DNA of 63,432 nt, filler included, from Choristocarpus tenellus KU-1152 (Eukaryota; Protista; Phaeophyceae): the NCBI GenBank assembly GCA_964200185.2. It is 13 parts of 13 records of this genome, joined end to end, with 100 filler letters (N's around TTAATTAATTAA, not from the genome) between each part and the next. Parts side by side here need not be neighbours in the genome. Positions count along the whole stretch, not along the records: positions 36,633 to 39,776 come from CAXNAD020022002.1; positions 39,877 to 42,494 come from CAXNAD020026227.1; positions 42,595 to 55,912 come from CAXNAD020001527.1; 10 more parts are not named here. The stretch is one strand, 5' to 3'. The notes beneath the pieces are model-generated. The model ran no database searches. It was given only the letters and a program-made list of their open reading frames with translations, and had not been told where the DNA came from. Of this stretch, positions 37,323-51,379 are shown in pieces; positions within the stretch are counted from its first letter, which is position 1, and the number at the start of each line of letters is the position of its first letter. A program made the translations under genes and the position numbers.

Positions 37323-39700
37323 TTGCACTTGACATCTAGCACCGTTGAAGAACAAGATGCAAATGACTTGACAATTGACACAGTCAGTGATGTACCATGT
37401 ACTCCTGAAATATTTGTTCGCAATCACCCTCAACTGAAACGTTTTGATGTGCATCCTGTCCCACCTGGTACAATAAATCTACGCGCAGCAAATGGTTCAC
37501 CTTTGTATATTCGTGGATTTATTCGTTTTGCACTTACACTTGGTGACACCACATTGCCAGTTGAAGCTTTAGTGATTCCCCAACTTGGTCCCGATAAAAT
37601 TCTACTTGATAATAGTGTTATGCAGGCATTCGGTGCAATCCTTGATTGGCAAGAACCATCTTTCATTTCACAACAGTTCGTGTACCATTCCAGCAAGACA
37701 TCACATGACAAGGAGCCTCACTCAAGTACGTGATACAAGTACAACTCCTTCGTGTTCTGTGGTGAGTGTGCGACATGATTTTGGCCCTATACTTGTTCGT
37801 GTACATAAAAAGTATAACAAACCAGCTGGTCATGAAATCATTGTACATTGCACAACTGATACTAGTCCGTCGTTGGATACTGCCGTAGTAGTGGAGCCAG
37901 TCACACACTCCGTGCCTGCTGTAGATCAAACCACTGAACCTACGCATCCATGGAATCGTATCGTAGCTGCTCGCACTCTCAGTACTTGGTCAGCAAGTAG
38001 TAATAGATCAGTATTGGTTCAAATGGCAAATCCAACAACACGGAAAGTACGTATCAGGAAGCATCTTGTGATAGGTCACTTAACCCCTATTTCAGATCAG
38101 GTACAAATTACTGTTAGTGCTCTAAATACTGATTCAGCTCCACTCAGTAAAACTAGAGAAGAGTTACATCAAGCCTTCACCAAGTCAAACGCATTCAAAA
38201 ATACCACGTTCAATCAGTCACAAGTGTCTCAGCTTTTAGATCTCTGCGCTCGTTATAGATCGGTATTTTCATTGAATGCAGCAGAACTAGGCCGATGTAC
38301 CCTAGCTGAACCAGAAATTCCTATAGAGCCTGGTACCAAACCTGTTGACAGGAACCCTTACAGAGCAAACCCCCGTACTCAACAAGTAATTGACTCGTGT
38401 GTTAATACTATGGAAGAGTAAGGCATTATTGAAAAACGTGCCAGCCCTTGGGGTAGTCCTGTTACTATTGTGGCCAAATCTGATGGCTCCCCACGATTCT
38501 GTGTGGACTATAGGTCAACTACTAACAAACACCTTGTTCGACAGTCTTGGCCTATGCCTGATATAGAGTCTCATATTGATACTGTTGGGGGTGCAAAAAT
38601 TATCACCGTTTGTGATATTCAGAGTGCATATTGGCAGGTTCCTGTTGCTGAGGATGACGTTGATAAAACTGCTTTTGTCACGTCCAGAAACAAATAGTTT
38701 TTAAGAGGATGCCCTTTGGGATATCAAATGCCCCTTGGCAATTTCAAAGAATCACATCGTTAGCCTTTGCCAACTTTGATCCTTTGAGTGGGTTGCTAGT
38801 TTACATGGATGATCTGATTGCTTGTTCTCCCACATGGGAAAGACATATACACTTACTAGAACAGCAGTTCAAAGCGTTACAAGCAGCAGGTTTAACTTTG
38901 AAACAGTCAAAGATCCAGTTTGGACCCAAAGAAGTACGTTACCTGGGTTACATTTTATCGTCCGAAGGGATTCGTATCGGTGAGGATCGTGTCCGTGCAA
39001 GCACTGAAATACCCAAACCCACCACCATCAAAGAACTTCGATCTGTCCTAGGTACGATAAATTTTGTGCGTAGATTCACACCCAACTTAGCCACAGTAAT
39101 CGAACCGTTAGTTCTTCTCACTAAAAAGGTGTCAATGAGAGAGTAGATAAAGAATGGGGATTGTACCAGGATGTGGCATTTTTTAAAGTAAAACAATTAC
39201 TCACTGCTGCCCCGGTTCTCGTGTTCCCTGACTTTACCAAAGAATTCATCATCCATGTTGATGCCAGTGAGAGAGGTGCTGGAGGGTTTTTAGCACAAAC
39301 TTGATCCGATAATCCTGCAGACCTAGGTATCATTGTATGCTTCAGCAAGAAATTTAATGAAGCTCAACGTCATTATTCAGCTACATTAAGAGAGTGTTAT
39401 GCAGTCGTTACAGCCATCAGGCATTGGCGACCGTATCTATGGGGTAGAAACCTCACCTGCATCACAGATCATGCCGCATTGTGTTACTTGTATAGAATGC
39501 AGGATACCAGTAACATGCTTACTCGTTGGGCTATTGCTCTTTAAGCTTATGATTTCACAGTCAAACACAAGCCCGGTAAGCTCAATGTTATGCCTGATAC
39601 TCTACCTCGTATTTTCAAGTTTGAGGAACAGGGGAAATCCGTTGCTCCAATGCTGGCACCAATCTGTCGTAATGTGCCTGAAGGTTGTCGAGCATTACCG
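37323..39700 (+). mobile_element. Ty3/Gypsy LTR-retrotransposon pol, pseudogenised (protease-RT-RNase H)
   Basis: Protease IDTVSDV...LRAANG; RT PYRANP, SPWGSP, RFCVDYR, DIQSAYWQ, MPFG, YMDDL; RNase H HVDASERGAG, YSATLRECYAV, TDHAAL, RWAIAL. Several stops and frameshifts (e.g. 38419, 38695). Confidence 0.95.
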
Positions 39701-39894
39701 CACGTGTTCAAAAGGAATATGAGTTATCTGCTTCTAACCTTGACCAAGCAAAGCCCGTCCAAAGTGACCGTGAACTNNNNNNNNNNNNNNNNNNNNNNNN
39801 NNNNNNNNNNNNNNNNNNNNTTAATTAATTAANNNNNNNNNNNNNNNNNNNNNNNNNNNNNNNNNNNNNNNNNNNNTGTTTTGTTTTTGTTATG

Positions 39895-40064
39895 TAAGTG
39901 GGTGGGGGGGGGGGGTGGGGGGGGGTCTACACCAGGGTGTCCATATTATTGGGTCAAAATCAGGAAAAGTGCATTTACATTATCCATCAGACATATGCAA
40001 CCCAAACCATGCAAAAATTGACCCCAAAGGGACAGCCGCCACCCCCCCTCAGATACTTTCGCCC
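39895..40064 (+). mobile_element. MITE family A, left end degenerate
   Basis: GTCTACACCAGGGTGTCCAT...ACCCCAAAGGGACAGCCGCC...AGATACTTTCGCCC. Confidence 0.85.
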
Positions 40065-40141
40065 TGTACTGTTGTTGGACATAGACAAACTGCCAGGTCC
40101 ATTATGCCAGCTTCAGGTTCCACCATCATAGATTCCTACTA

Positions 40142-40399
40142 GAGCCAAAGTATCTTAGAGGATGGGGCCGCGTCCATTTGGGGGCCAAAATCCAATGTTG
40201 CGAATTTGACGTAATTTTGGCTATCGTTTTGTTAGGAAGAGCCAATGTCCTTGTTCTGGACACACATTTTCATAACGTATACATTTTACCTACTCTGAAA
40301 CATTTTGGAGTAGGAAAATGTCATAAAAAAAAAAATGGGAAGCCAAGCCCCAAATGGACAAACAGGGCAAAACTCATACCCTCTAAGATACTTTCACTC
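40142..40399 (+). mobile_element. MITE family B (258 bp), complete, TSD ACTA
   Basis: TIRs GAGCCAAAGTATCTTAGAGG / CCTCTAAGATACTTTCACTC with ACTA on both flanks. Confidence 0.9.
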
Positions 40400-41856
40400 A
40401 CTACACTGCATTGGATTTCGTGAGCAGGAGTTCACTGATCGTATCATGTCTTCCAGGGATGCCCTTGTGAAGACTGTATGTGACATTATTGAGACAACTG
40501 TCAAAGTAAGCGAGAGGTACCCAGGGTCACATTTGAAGGGTGCTGACAAATATTTGCAAAAATTCAACAATTCTTACAAAAGCGAGGAAGATATTTTCTG
40601 AATTCTGTTGAAAAGTCTCAAAACAATTTAGAAATCAACACTCTCAAGTCAAACTTAGCACTTTATCCTTCTGGTATTTTTCCCTCCGTTTGGGCTTCTA
40701 GGCTCATTGCTCATCTAATCTTGAATCCCTTCTCTGCTTTCTTTCTCATGTCGTAGTGATGTATGAGATGAGACATGGCAGGAACGAACTCCTCTTTTAC
40801 TTTCCCCCAATCTTGGGGATGTGGAAGCCTCGAGGTAAACCCCCCCCAAGGTCAGCTATCTTGTTTTTCTTTTCCCATGTTTATTGTTTTAACATGTTTC
40901 CACTGGCTTCCCTCTTGAACATGGGCTTGGGCCTCCTCACACTAATGTGGACAACAATAAAATATTTATTAACACCACTTTGCAGTTTAACAAACTGTCC
41001 TTCCTTTTAACACATGTGCTTGTTGGCAAGCACAACAAATGTCCTTCCTACAGCATGCAACACCTATATTATACTCAGGAATATACCACATCTTACAAAA
41101 TACATGGACATAATACCATACATAGAGACCCACTTCCCCCACAATTGCAGGGAAACCCAGGCATGCTCCTTCCTGAGTACCAGGTGAATGTTGACAAGAG
41201 GTTACATGCGAGCATGATGGGGAGGTCCCTGACAACCCATACTGTTGGTCTTACGTTCCATCACGGACTAAGAAATAGTGTGAAGGCCCGCATCACACAA
41301 TACCGCTTCAAAGTTTGAACCACAGAGGTCATACTTTCTTCAGGGTATAAATAACGCAATCATTATGGTGGATAGCAAGAGGAGATTTCTCCTCCTCCTG
41401 GTGTCACGCTATGCACATTTCTTACCGAACTACAATTTTATTAATTTCCAAAATCTATTATCTATTAAGCAACAATAGTAACTGTGCAGAGATTCCTCTC
41501 CTTATCTATCTCACCATAATCATAGGGTTGAGGATTTTCAGTACCACCATGCTAGGGGCGAAACAGTTGGACCAAGAGAGGAGAGATAAGATAGAGACGT
41601 TATACTTGCACTACCTTTTCTCACATACCCACTAGCATACTCCGACCTTGAAGTTGGGCATTGTTGCAATGCATCACAGCAACTTCCAAAATTTTGTCTC
41701 TCCCTCTTTGAGACCCTTTCCTCTTTCATCATTACTTTTGCTGCCCTAACCCTACCCTCCTTCGAACACTCTTTATGAACACGTGGAGTAGTATTATTAA
41801 ATGTACAACATATATAATGTGCTCTCTTACCCCGTATCTTGCCCTGCTCACCTCAC

Positions 41857-42016
41857 GGTAAAACACAAAGGATGGCAGAGTCTATCAAGTAGTTACAATA
41901 CCACAGCTGGGAACACACCCCACAGAGTTTTAAGAAGGTAAAACACAAAGGATAGCAGAGTCTATCAACTATTACATTACCACAGCTGGGAACACACACC
42001 ACAGAGTTTTTAAGGA
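41857..42016. repeat. 80-bp tandem duplication
   Basis: GGTAAAACACAAAGGATRGCAGAGTCTATCAA...CACAGAGTTTT at 41857 and 41937. Confidence 0.9.
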
Positions 42017-43575
42017 GAAGAATGTTCATAGGAGAGCTTGCTGATCAATCTAGAAAAACTCTGCACTCTGCTGCAATAGAAATCGGAAGATGGCGGGGGT
42101 GGTATACCGACACCTATTTACCGTTTTTTATTGATACTAATTTCACATACACACCACTATCACAAGTTCTAGCAAAAATATCGCATCACTGATTATAATA
42201 AAACCCTATTTAGAAGATCACTGGTAACCCAGGAGAGCTTTCTACGCATAGAGTGCCTCTGAATGTGCATGCACAGGACCACTCAATAGCCAGCCAAGAG
42301 CAACTACAGCAGCAAACACGTGTGTGTGTGTGTAGGCTCATCATGTAGTCCCATGGAGCAAAGAATAAAAAATGCTATACCCAGAGTAGCAACAACGTGT
42401 GTTGACGGGGGGGGGGGGGGGGGGCCGGCCTAAAGCAAGGAAGAAGTTTTGCTCCGTTTTTTTTTTTTTTTTTGTGTTTTTTTATTTTGGGGGGNNNNNN
42501 NNNNNNNNNNNNNNNNNNNNNNNNNNNNNNNNNNNNNNTTAATTAATTAANNNNNNNNNNNNNNNNNNNNNNNNNNNNNNNNNNNNNNNNNNNNGTCATT
42601 GGATTTGAGTTGTACATCCTGGAAGGTGAGCATTGAGGGGCGCCTGTAACATAAGATGTAGAAACCATCGATAGACAGTCTTTCCATATTGACCCAAAGC
42701 AAACGTGAGGTACCCAGATTTTGGTCGTTTTGCATTTTATGCCATTTTTTTAATCTTACGCAATTCACCCACATTTCTATGGATGAATTGCTAGGTTTGA
42801 CTTGACAACGTTGATTTCTCTAGAGTTTCAAAAATTTCGCCATAATCCAGAAAACATCCTGTACGCGATAGTAAAAATACAAGAATTTTCCACATTCTTG
42901 TCAGCATCCTTCAAATGCAACTTTGGGTACCTCTCGTTTACTTTGACTCAATGTTGGTTCAGGACCTCGCACTTCCTTCTCTCTTATTCCTCCAACACTA
43001 CTCTTTCCTTCTTCTCTTTGTCTTTGTCGTTACTAATATTATTGGGTTTTACTGTTGTTGTCGGCATTGTAAATCGTAGTGATACTAGTACTGTAGTACT
43101 TCGAAATAGTCTACTTACTCCACGCAAGATGTGGTCCTAGTAATAAATTTAGATAGACAGGCAGACATATAGTTACCATAAATCACAAAAAACAAATGAA
43201 ATTTTCGCCGAACCCGGGATGGGCTGGGAAGGAGGTATCTATATGCACCACGCAACAACAATGTGCACATTAATCATCACCAACCAGGTGAGACAAGTAC
43301 ACGACCATAGCATGATCCTCTCCACCAATTTAAACAGAGGTCGCTCTTGTGTACGACACCAGGGTTGGATTAGAGACTTCAAGACCAGAGACAAACTACA
43401 CATCCATCAGAAAATTCTAGTTTTGTTCCCTTCCACAGAACTGGAATGGTCTAGAAACTTCGATTTCTAGGAAAATCTCTCCTGGGTTTGGGTGCCTCAA
43501 CTTTGAAGTTAAAATATTTTGTGTTGAATATCATTATTCGTATGGGTTCTCCATGAATGAAATTAGCATTGGTGA

Positions 43576-43789
43576 GATGAACTCTGGATTACTGACATTC
43601 TTATTGATTGGTCTTTAAGAACATGTGTTATTTCATAGTGGAGTGGTATTGCATCATGATCATCAGCATGGTCGTGAAGAAGGATGAACTCTGGATTACT
43701 GACATCCTTACTGATTGGTCTTTAAGAACCTGTGTTATTTCATACTGGAGTGGTATTGTGTATCATGATCATCAGCATGGTCTTGAAGA
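43576..43789. repeat. 107-bp tandem duplication
   Basis: GATGAACTCTGGATTACTGACAT...CAGCATGGTC(G/T)TGAAGAAG at 43576 and 43683. Confidence 0.9.
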
Positions 43790-44774
43790 AGGGCAGAAGA
43801 AGGAGAGTTTAGTTGTGCCTTTTCGAATCTACTGAAAGATCATTTCAGACCCTCTACTAAGTTTGGTTTCAAGTATTCGTCTTTTCTCACACCTACAGTA
43901 TAGTGGTTTAGTTATATTTTTAGTGGAACTTATGTTGCCAGGGGCGAATTTTATCCACATATCGTATTCTTCATCTGACTTTGAAAATTTGGACTTCTTG
44001 ATGAGTTTTATTGCTGAGATTCTAGGACTAGATATTATGTGCAGTGTATACAAGTATTAATTGTATTTCTGTTGTATAATGCTGAATAGTGGAAGCAGTG
44101 GCTTCAAGAATGACATCTGATCTATGGAGATACCTCAACGAATTGAATGATGATAATGGAACGTTGTAGGGTGGTGTAAGCTATTACGTATCTTAGCCTT
44201 CACTTACTTAAAGCATTTTGTAGGAATTCGTCCAGACATAAGAGGACCAGGTGTTTTCCACATACATCTTGTTAACGCGCATAGTTTGGTCTTATAGAGT
44301 TGAAATACAAAAAACAGGAAGGTTCCACACCTTCGCAGGCCTTTAAATGTATGGTACATTAAGAATTTGTGTTACAAGTACATTAATTAGACGTTCCTTT
44401 TTGGGTGTTTGTAATACAATTGTGGTTCGAATGGAATTTCAGTTTAGTCAAAGAACGATTATATTGCTAATCATATACTTCAAATCACATTGATCATACT
44501 TCGCATTACCTATCCTATACAGAACTAAAGATTGTTCCGATGATCCTTGCTACATCACTCACTATTTGTGAAAATCAACATCATTGACCCTGGCACAACA
44601 AACACTTCCCACCTGTCAAAGTCGGACGACCCATAGAGCGATATCCAAAACTTCAGGTACATCTTAGGTCGGGTCATGAAGGAAGGAGGTCGTAGTTGGG
44701 AACGTTTAATTTCTGATCCGAAACGATTTTCGTTCGTGGTGTAGGAACTATCGCTAGCGCCAGACAAAGATCCA

Positions 44775-47615
44775 ATGCTTAGCACATTCATGAACGCGGG
44801 TCTGAACGGAAGGTGCTTGGGCGTGGACGAGGAGAGCGAGAGAAGGAACATCCCTGCAAAACCTCGCATAAAGGGGGAACAACGTAGGCTTCCGCTTTCT
44901 GTCCATAATGCGAAAATATCTAGGGAGATGCTTCTGCACCGTTTGGCGCAAACCACTTTGTTACTGGTTCTCACGATCTGGACAGTCTACATTCCAATGA
45001 TTAGAATTCCTGCTGACCCAGATTCCCAACTACAGCAAGATTTGTGGTCAGTTCCCGGAGAAGACCTAACGCCACGGGCGCATTTGACGAGGGTTTGGGG
45101 CGATGGGAAGCTAATGGGAACGCTCGGATCATATCCATCTGGGGACTCTCTACGAACCGAGGCTCTCACTGCTAGGGAGTGGCCCTACTATCAAAGGCCT
45201 GCCCGCAAGGCTGGCGAGAGGATACTATCAGATCCCAGAGAAGAACTTTTACCGCAGAAACTTCGTGGGAAAGGCTATCTTAGGACGCTCGCAGTGTCAC
45301 CGGGTGTGATACAAGTTCAGGGGTTTCATAACCTAGAGAAACGCTTAAGAGTGCTCGAGAAGAGGCTGTCTTTCCTGGAGCAGGTGGGGTGTTTCTGCCC
45401 GCCAGGGTTCCTTGGGACGATCTTCATTTATGTAAGTACTTCGAACTGCAGAGAGAGGGGACAAGGGTGCTTTCAAATCGACAAGAATGAAGAAGTCCAA
45501 TGTGTGCAGATGTACTCCATAGACTGCTTACTGTAAAAGTAGTGAAAACTAAACCAGGATGGAAGTTAGGAGAAGGGAGGGGAGTCTTATACAGTACCTT
45601 TTGTAAAACGTGTTGGATGGTAAAATGAAGGGAATGTCCTTGTAGGTAGGCTCTCTTCCTGTGTCTTTGTATATGTATATCTACTCCAGGATTCCTTATT
45701 CAATATCATATACAAAGAACGTATTGGTCCTACAAGAAAGATACCCCTATGACAATTATATTGGTATGCTCCAACTAAACTCCAATCAGTCATCCATTAA
45801 CTGTATGGAAGTCCAACTATTCTACAAACTATGATTGGTCACTCTTTGCATTACATCTGATCACTCCAGGGTCTGTATCATCAATGTCTTGTGCCAAATA
45901 TTCCTGTGCTTTCTTATTTTTTTGAGTCCCCACACCTTCCATCACTGAAGAAAACCCCTGCACCATGTCTAGTTCAAGAGTTACGGGCTCATATCGTCTC
46001 TTCTACCCGTCCATCTCGACCCAAAGGGTGATCGACTGCCGTGTTAAATTGAACGGCGTGAAATTTTGTCTCCACCCACCTTTCTGCGGATTTTCCTCCC
46101 CATCCACTCCCCATGTACCCTACTCACTTCCCAGGCAGACACTCCCACAGGAAGAGTGTTACCTATGGAGGAATCGTACAAAGTGTGCAATTGCCCATAC
46201 ACAGTTATACGGATGGATGTGCCACGTCCGTTCAACTTGACTGCAACGGAAATGGTTGTGCTGCCGCCAGAAGACGAGGACGAGGTGGTGGAGGCAGCAT
46301 ATGATACAGCCACTAGGACATACCTGGTAGTGGACGAATTACTTGGTCTTCTCAAGGATAGGGGAAAAGGCTACACACACGTGCTGGTCTCTATGGGTGA
46401 AGATGCAGTCCTATCCCAGCCGCCACAAAGTATAGTGACTGATTTTGAGGTGAGGCTGATTGTATCTCTTTATTTTAGTGGCTGTGAAAGTATCTCTCAG
46501 TTGAGATGGTGTGCTTGTGTGCAACAATTGTAGTATCACTCACTTTTTTTAATGTCAGATAGTTATATATATTAGAATTGTATGTGGGATATGGCATCTA
46601 TGTCTACCCTCAGCCCTAAAGGAGTAGCTTGAATCCATAAGGAACCAATCACATTGTTTCCTACTTCGAACTGTGTGGTTAAGTAAGTGTACTCGTGTGT
46701 ATCCCCATCCCACTTAACAAAAGAGAAGAAGAGGGAGAAAGCAATCAGTTGGTAATGAGATGATGCATAAAGGTTCTTTCTGAATTCCATTGCAACCAAA
46801 AAGTCTCTGACATAATCTGTGGATAGGGAGAATGATTCGTGTGGTGAAATGGTCCCTTGTATGTGACTCACATCCACCATCAAAATGCAACAGGCTTGAG
46901 TAGTTTATTGAGTTGAGCCATGTTCCTCTTTCCCACCCTCCTCCGTTTCCACCAGGTAGGAATGTACACTACAAATAAATAAAGAGAAAGAGCAATTCTT
47001 AGTAGTAGTATCATCAGTCGATTACTTTTCTCAGCTCCTCAATTATCTCACGGTTTGTGACACAACTGTCCTGTGGCACTATCTCCGTTTGCGGCACTGT
47101 CCTGCTCTTCTGCTGCCATGGTTTACATGACCCTCTCCCAACACCATTGAAAGAAATTTGGTGCTGATATCCTTTTCGTGGGAAGGAAAAAGAGCGACCC
47201 CCCCAAGAGAGAAAAGGCACTTTTGGCTAAGATGTTCGAGGAGAGGGTTTACCCATGGGCTGCGGAGGATTTTCAAGGGGCCTATCTAGATAGCAGTCTC
47301 TTCATGGCTCGGGTTGACCGCCTGGGCGCCTACCTCAACCTCCTGAAGGAGAGCCACAAGCAACACCTGGCAAAGCCTCCTCGCGAGAAATACAGCGCAA
47401 CTGAGGAAGGGGGAAAAGAAGAGGGAGAGCAGGTCTGGAATCCCAACTTGCAATGGAGGTTGCTACACATGCAGTTTTACCCACAAATTGCAGTTGACAC
47501 GCTGGGGCTTGTGTTAATGAGACGAGGTTATCGACCAGTTGAACTGGTTGGAGCGAACAGTACTTGGCCCCTTATAGTGAAGTCAGATGACCCTGGGCTC
47601 CTTGAGTGGCGGTGA
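44775..47615 (+). CDS. Type II membrane protein with divergent PLOD-type glycosyltransferase-like domain; exons 44775-45383, 46135-46449, 47154-47615 (3' end uncertain)
   Basis: TM segment TTLLLVLTIWTVYIPMI. YTHVLVSMGEDAV...PQSIVTDFE|KFGADILFVG...YLDSSLFMARV...IAVDTLGLVL follows the PLOD-GT pattern (VLFTDAYDV, IVFSAE, YLNSGxFIG, IxLD). Phase-0 junctions. Confidence 0.65.
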
Positions 47616-47673
47616 AATGCATGGGGAGGTGACAGGATCTAATACCCAATACTTTCAATAGGATACCATTACT

Positions 47674-47934
47674 GAGTCAAGGTATCTTGGAGGGTAGAGC
47701 CCCGTCCATTTGGGGACCAAAATCCAATGTTCCGATTTTGATTTGATTTTGGCTATCATTTTTGTTAGGAATTGTCAATATCTTTGTTCCGGACACACCT
47801 TTTCTTAACACACACATATTTTTTCTACTCCGAAATGTTTCGGAGTAGGTAATACGTCGCAAAATACCCATGGGAAGCCAAGCCCCAAATGGACAAACAG
47901 GGCAAAACTCGTACCCTCAAAGATACTTTCACTC
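47674..47934 (+). mobile_element. MITE family B (261 bp), complete
   Basis: GAGTCAAGGTATCTTGGAGG / CCTCAAAGATACTTTCACTC; flanks TACT and ATCT do not form a clean TSD. Confidence 0.88.
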
Positions 47935-49149
47935 ATCTTATTTCATACACAAATGGTTTCTGCTCCAATATGATGATGGCATGTGTCGATCTTAAACTAC
48001 TAAACAACGCTGCACCTATACCTCAACAGAATCTGAAATTGCAGCACCCCGTATATAGGTGAAAGGACAAAGCAACACAACCCCACCTTATTGAAAGAAA
48101 CACGGGATAATCAATAGACATTTTGTGCACCAATCGACAACAAATCCAAGGCAAACTACTGATGCCAAATGCGCAAACAGCTGATACGTTTTGGTAAGAA
48201 TCAACGCTACTACTGCTAGTAGTTACTCTTAATACAAACCAAGACCAAGACAGAATATTTAAAGCGCTTGCATATTTGTCAAGTCTAAAAAAATGGTGCA
48301 ACAAATGGGCAGGTTACTTCAGGTCAAAGCGTCATATGACATCCACTGGACAATAATACAATTGTATAGAAGAAAGCACCCATATCCTTCAAACCCCAAC
48401 CCAATTTCTAATTTCTAAATTTAATGCTGTAGCAAGAAGCCATGCAGATGTGGCAAAAATCCTTCCAATTTATCCAAGAAGCTGGCAAATAGAGTTAGTC
48501 AAATTGAAATCGGAATATATTGCTAAAATAATCTCTAGCCTTCCAATGCATCTTTGGTTGACCTTGATGTTGCTCGAAGTAAAAAAAAAAAGGTCCATGG
48601 ACGGACTAGTTCAGTTGAAAGTTGAAGGATACTTTTCCCAAAAACTTTGGTTGTGTCACGTCTGAAAAGTCACACTTCATACTGCGTAGCATGTAAGGGA
48701 CTCAAGGAAAATGTAATCCTCAATGCTAACGTTAGCCCAGAACGTCCGTCCACATTTTGCCTATAATATTTCAGGGCAGATGGTCTAATACTCCCACTGT
48801 TCATGTATCGCCCAAGTTCACTTGGTCTAAAAAATCTGTTGTCCAGTGCAAGGCTTGAGTGGAACATCTGTGTTGAAAGAGAAACATTTGGTGCCCCTTA
48901 CACTGTAACATCTATTGCCCATCAAACGATCAAGTTCTTGTTCTTGCTCTAATGTCAGTTGCCGAGCAAATTTTTGAGCTCATTTGGTCTCGAACATCTC
49001 TTGCCGGTGTTTGAGGCTGTTTGCTCAATGTTCATTCCGTTGAAGGGACTGACATAGATAAACACTTTTATTATTGGTAGATATTGTACAAATATTGGTC
49101 TGATCTATGTTAAAACAGAGAAATAAATAAACTGGAAGAAAATAGACAC

Positions 49150-49980
49150 AACCAAAAGCATTGCAAATGTTGTTGAAGTTATCTGAGTTTTGCGGCTAGG
49201 AGAATTCTGGTTAGGACTGAATGGAAAGCGAGTAGCGAAAAAGAAAATATTGAAGGGTGGACGAAGAGTTAAATACTGAGTGGCTAGGGGGCAGAAGAGG
49301 TGGGAGAGAGGTTAAAAGAAATGGGTGGTAGGTGGAAATACGACGTAGGAAAGAATGGTCATGGGACAAGCAGGGCTAGAACAAGACAACCTCTGAGCAA
49401 TCCCTCCCACCCACCAACCCTTTTGATTGTTCACAACTGACTGACATGTTGAGTAATGAGGCAGGAGGTTGAGCTCGGGTGGGGTAGATGTCTTCTAGTT
49501 CAAGGCACGGTATGTAGTGGATGATGAAGGAGTGTTCTTGGATTATTATAGAGTGGTGTTGAGTGGTGCGAGGAAGAAAGTGGTGGAAAGTGTTGGGGGG
49601 TTAAGTGGTGTTGAATGGTGCGGGGTTGGGTGGGGTTGGGTGGGGTTGAAGGGTGGGTTGGTGACTGGAATCAGTTGCCGAAGGGGTCGCACTGGTTGGT
49701 CATCAGATGGCGGGGATGACTGGAAGTCAGTGGCGAAAGGGTCGGACTGGTTGGTCATCAGAGGTGACTGGTGACTGGAAATCAGTTGCGAAAGGGGTTC
49801 GCACTGGTTGGTCACAAGTGGTGGTGCAGTGGGGAGGAGGAGAACGGGTTCAAGTGTTTGCAAAACTCTTCCGATCAGGTACTTCCCATTGGAAGTATAG
49901 CATTCTACCTCTAGGGTTGAAGTTTGAATCTGGTACATCTCTACGACTCTAAGGTACAATAAATCTTGGAACAAAATTAT
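49150..49980 (-). mobile_element. Penelope-like 3' remnant, copy 3, with three hairpin units (49655-49820)
   Basis: Reverse complement is colinear with 18745-19440, through AAAACTCAGAT(T/A)ACTTCA. Confidence 0.5.
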
Positions 49981-51379
49981 AATATTCAAAATTTCATCCA
50001 TTTGTTTGAGATTAGTTAAAAATAAAGAAAAAAGAAAGGACCCCATCTTACTTGACAAAACAATTCTTCTTTAGCAAAACCACTTCCCAATATTACACTC
50101 CTTCTTTCTGTTTCTTCTGACGACACTCTGGGTGGATCATACCATGCCAGATTATGTAACTTGCTTTAAGGCCTTGGCTCCCCTCCTTCACTATAAAATT
50201 TGTTCCTTCTTACAGCGAATGATCAAAACATTCCATTTTTTTTTTCCCTGACTTTTTCCCGTCAGAAGGCTGTCACTAAGTGACTGCTACTATGAAGCTC
50301 ACGTGGCTTACAGTCTGCAGTGTTTAGGTTGGTGTGGATGTTTGGCTTGGTGGAGGGGATTACATCGGATGATATGGAATGTAAAATATGTGCTGAGGTT
50401 TCTACAGTTATGGAAAGGCTTTTCCTAGCCGTTGATGCCAGCAAAACATCTCTGTCTGACCGTCACCCATAACCTGACTTATCTTCACAAATAAATAGTG
50501 TTTTGACCAGAAGGATTTACGACTACTGTTAGATTGGCCAGAGAAAAATCGGTATCAGTAAGAGGGATTAACCTAAGGGTGCACGAGGAAAATAACCCAA
50601 AGCCTCCACAAGTCTCAGCAGGCAGATCCGAAGCCATGAACCAGTGAGCAGTAAAATGTGTGATGAGTTGTGTGGTAGTTGCACCTTGTGAATTCTGTGA
50701 CCTTGACATGTTCTTTAGTCGCACTACTTCTACTTGTTTAGACGAAACAAAACGGTAAAATGTTAACCCATATTCCATACGGATTATGCACGTCATTGCC
50801 AAAAAAGGGGTCACAAAATCAGACACCGCCAACACAAAATAATTCTAGAGAGGTGTAAGGTGGAGGAGTTGAACACTTCTAGTTGTACTGTAATTAAAAA
50901 ACGGATAGCCGAACTTTTCCAGTCCAGGTATTCAGGTATTCCGATTAATCAAACTGAGGTCCTATTCATACTTTAGTACTACGCTACATACTGTCTCAAG
51001 TTCGTCAGAACGATCATATTTTGATTTATTCTAATGAAAATATATACAAGAACGAGGGGAATTCTTGCAAATTATGTACCACCTAATTATTGCTCGGTTG
51101 CTTGGTTGATTGCTAGTCCTAAAGACAACATTCAAACAGTGAGGTAGTACTTTGTGTAATATTCGCATCATCACCAGAATATCGTGCCCTTCCTTCATGC
51201 CTTTACTGAAAGTCGGAATTATTTTTTGTTAGTTCTTTGATTGATTGCTTACATTGAATAGACCAAAAGAAGATTGTAAAACTAAAAGTGGTGAGATGTG
51301 AGAAAGTCAAATTTGAGTTTAGAATTTTGTTTGTGTTTATGGTATGGAAAATGGAAAACAAAAGTAGTACTACTAGAAG

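Noticed and set aside
41130-41400. YDLCGSNFEAVLCDAG (minus strand), reminiscent of CxC/KDZ transposases
   Set aside because: A single weak motif among stop codons; cannot be supported.
3508-47615. Sulfated-polysaccharide or secondary-metabolite gene cluster (sulfotransferase, P450, GT-like)
   Set aside because: The genes lie on different contigs joined artificially.
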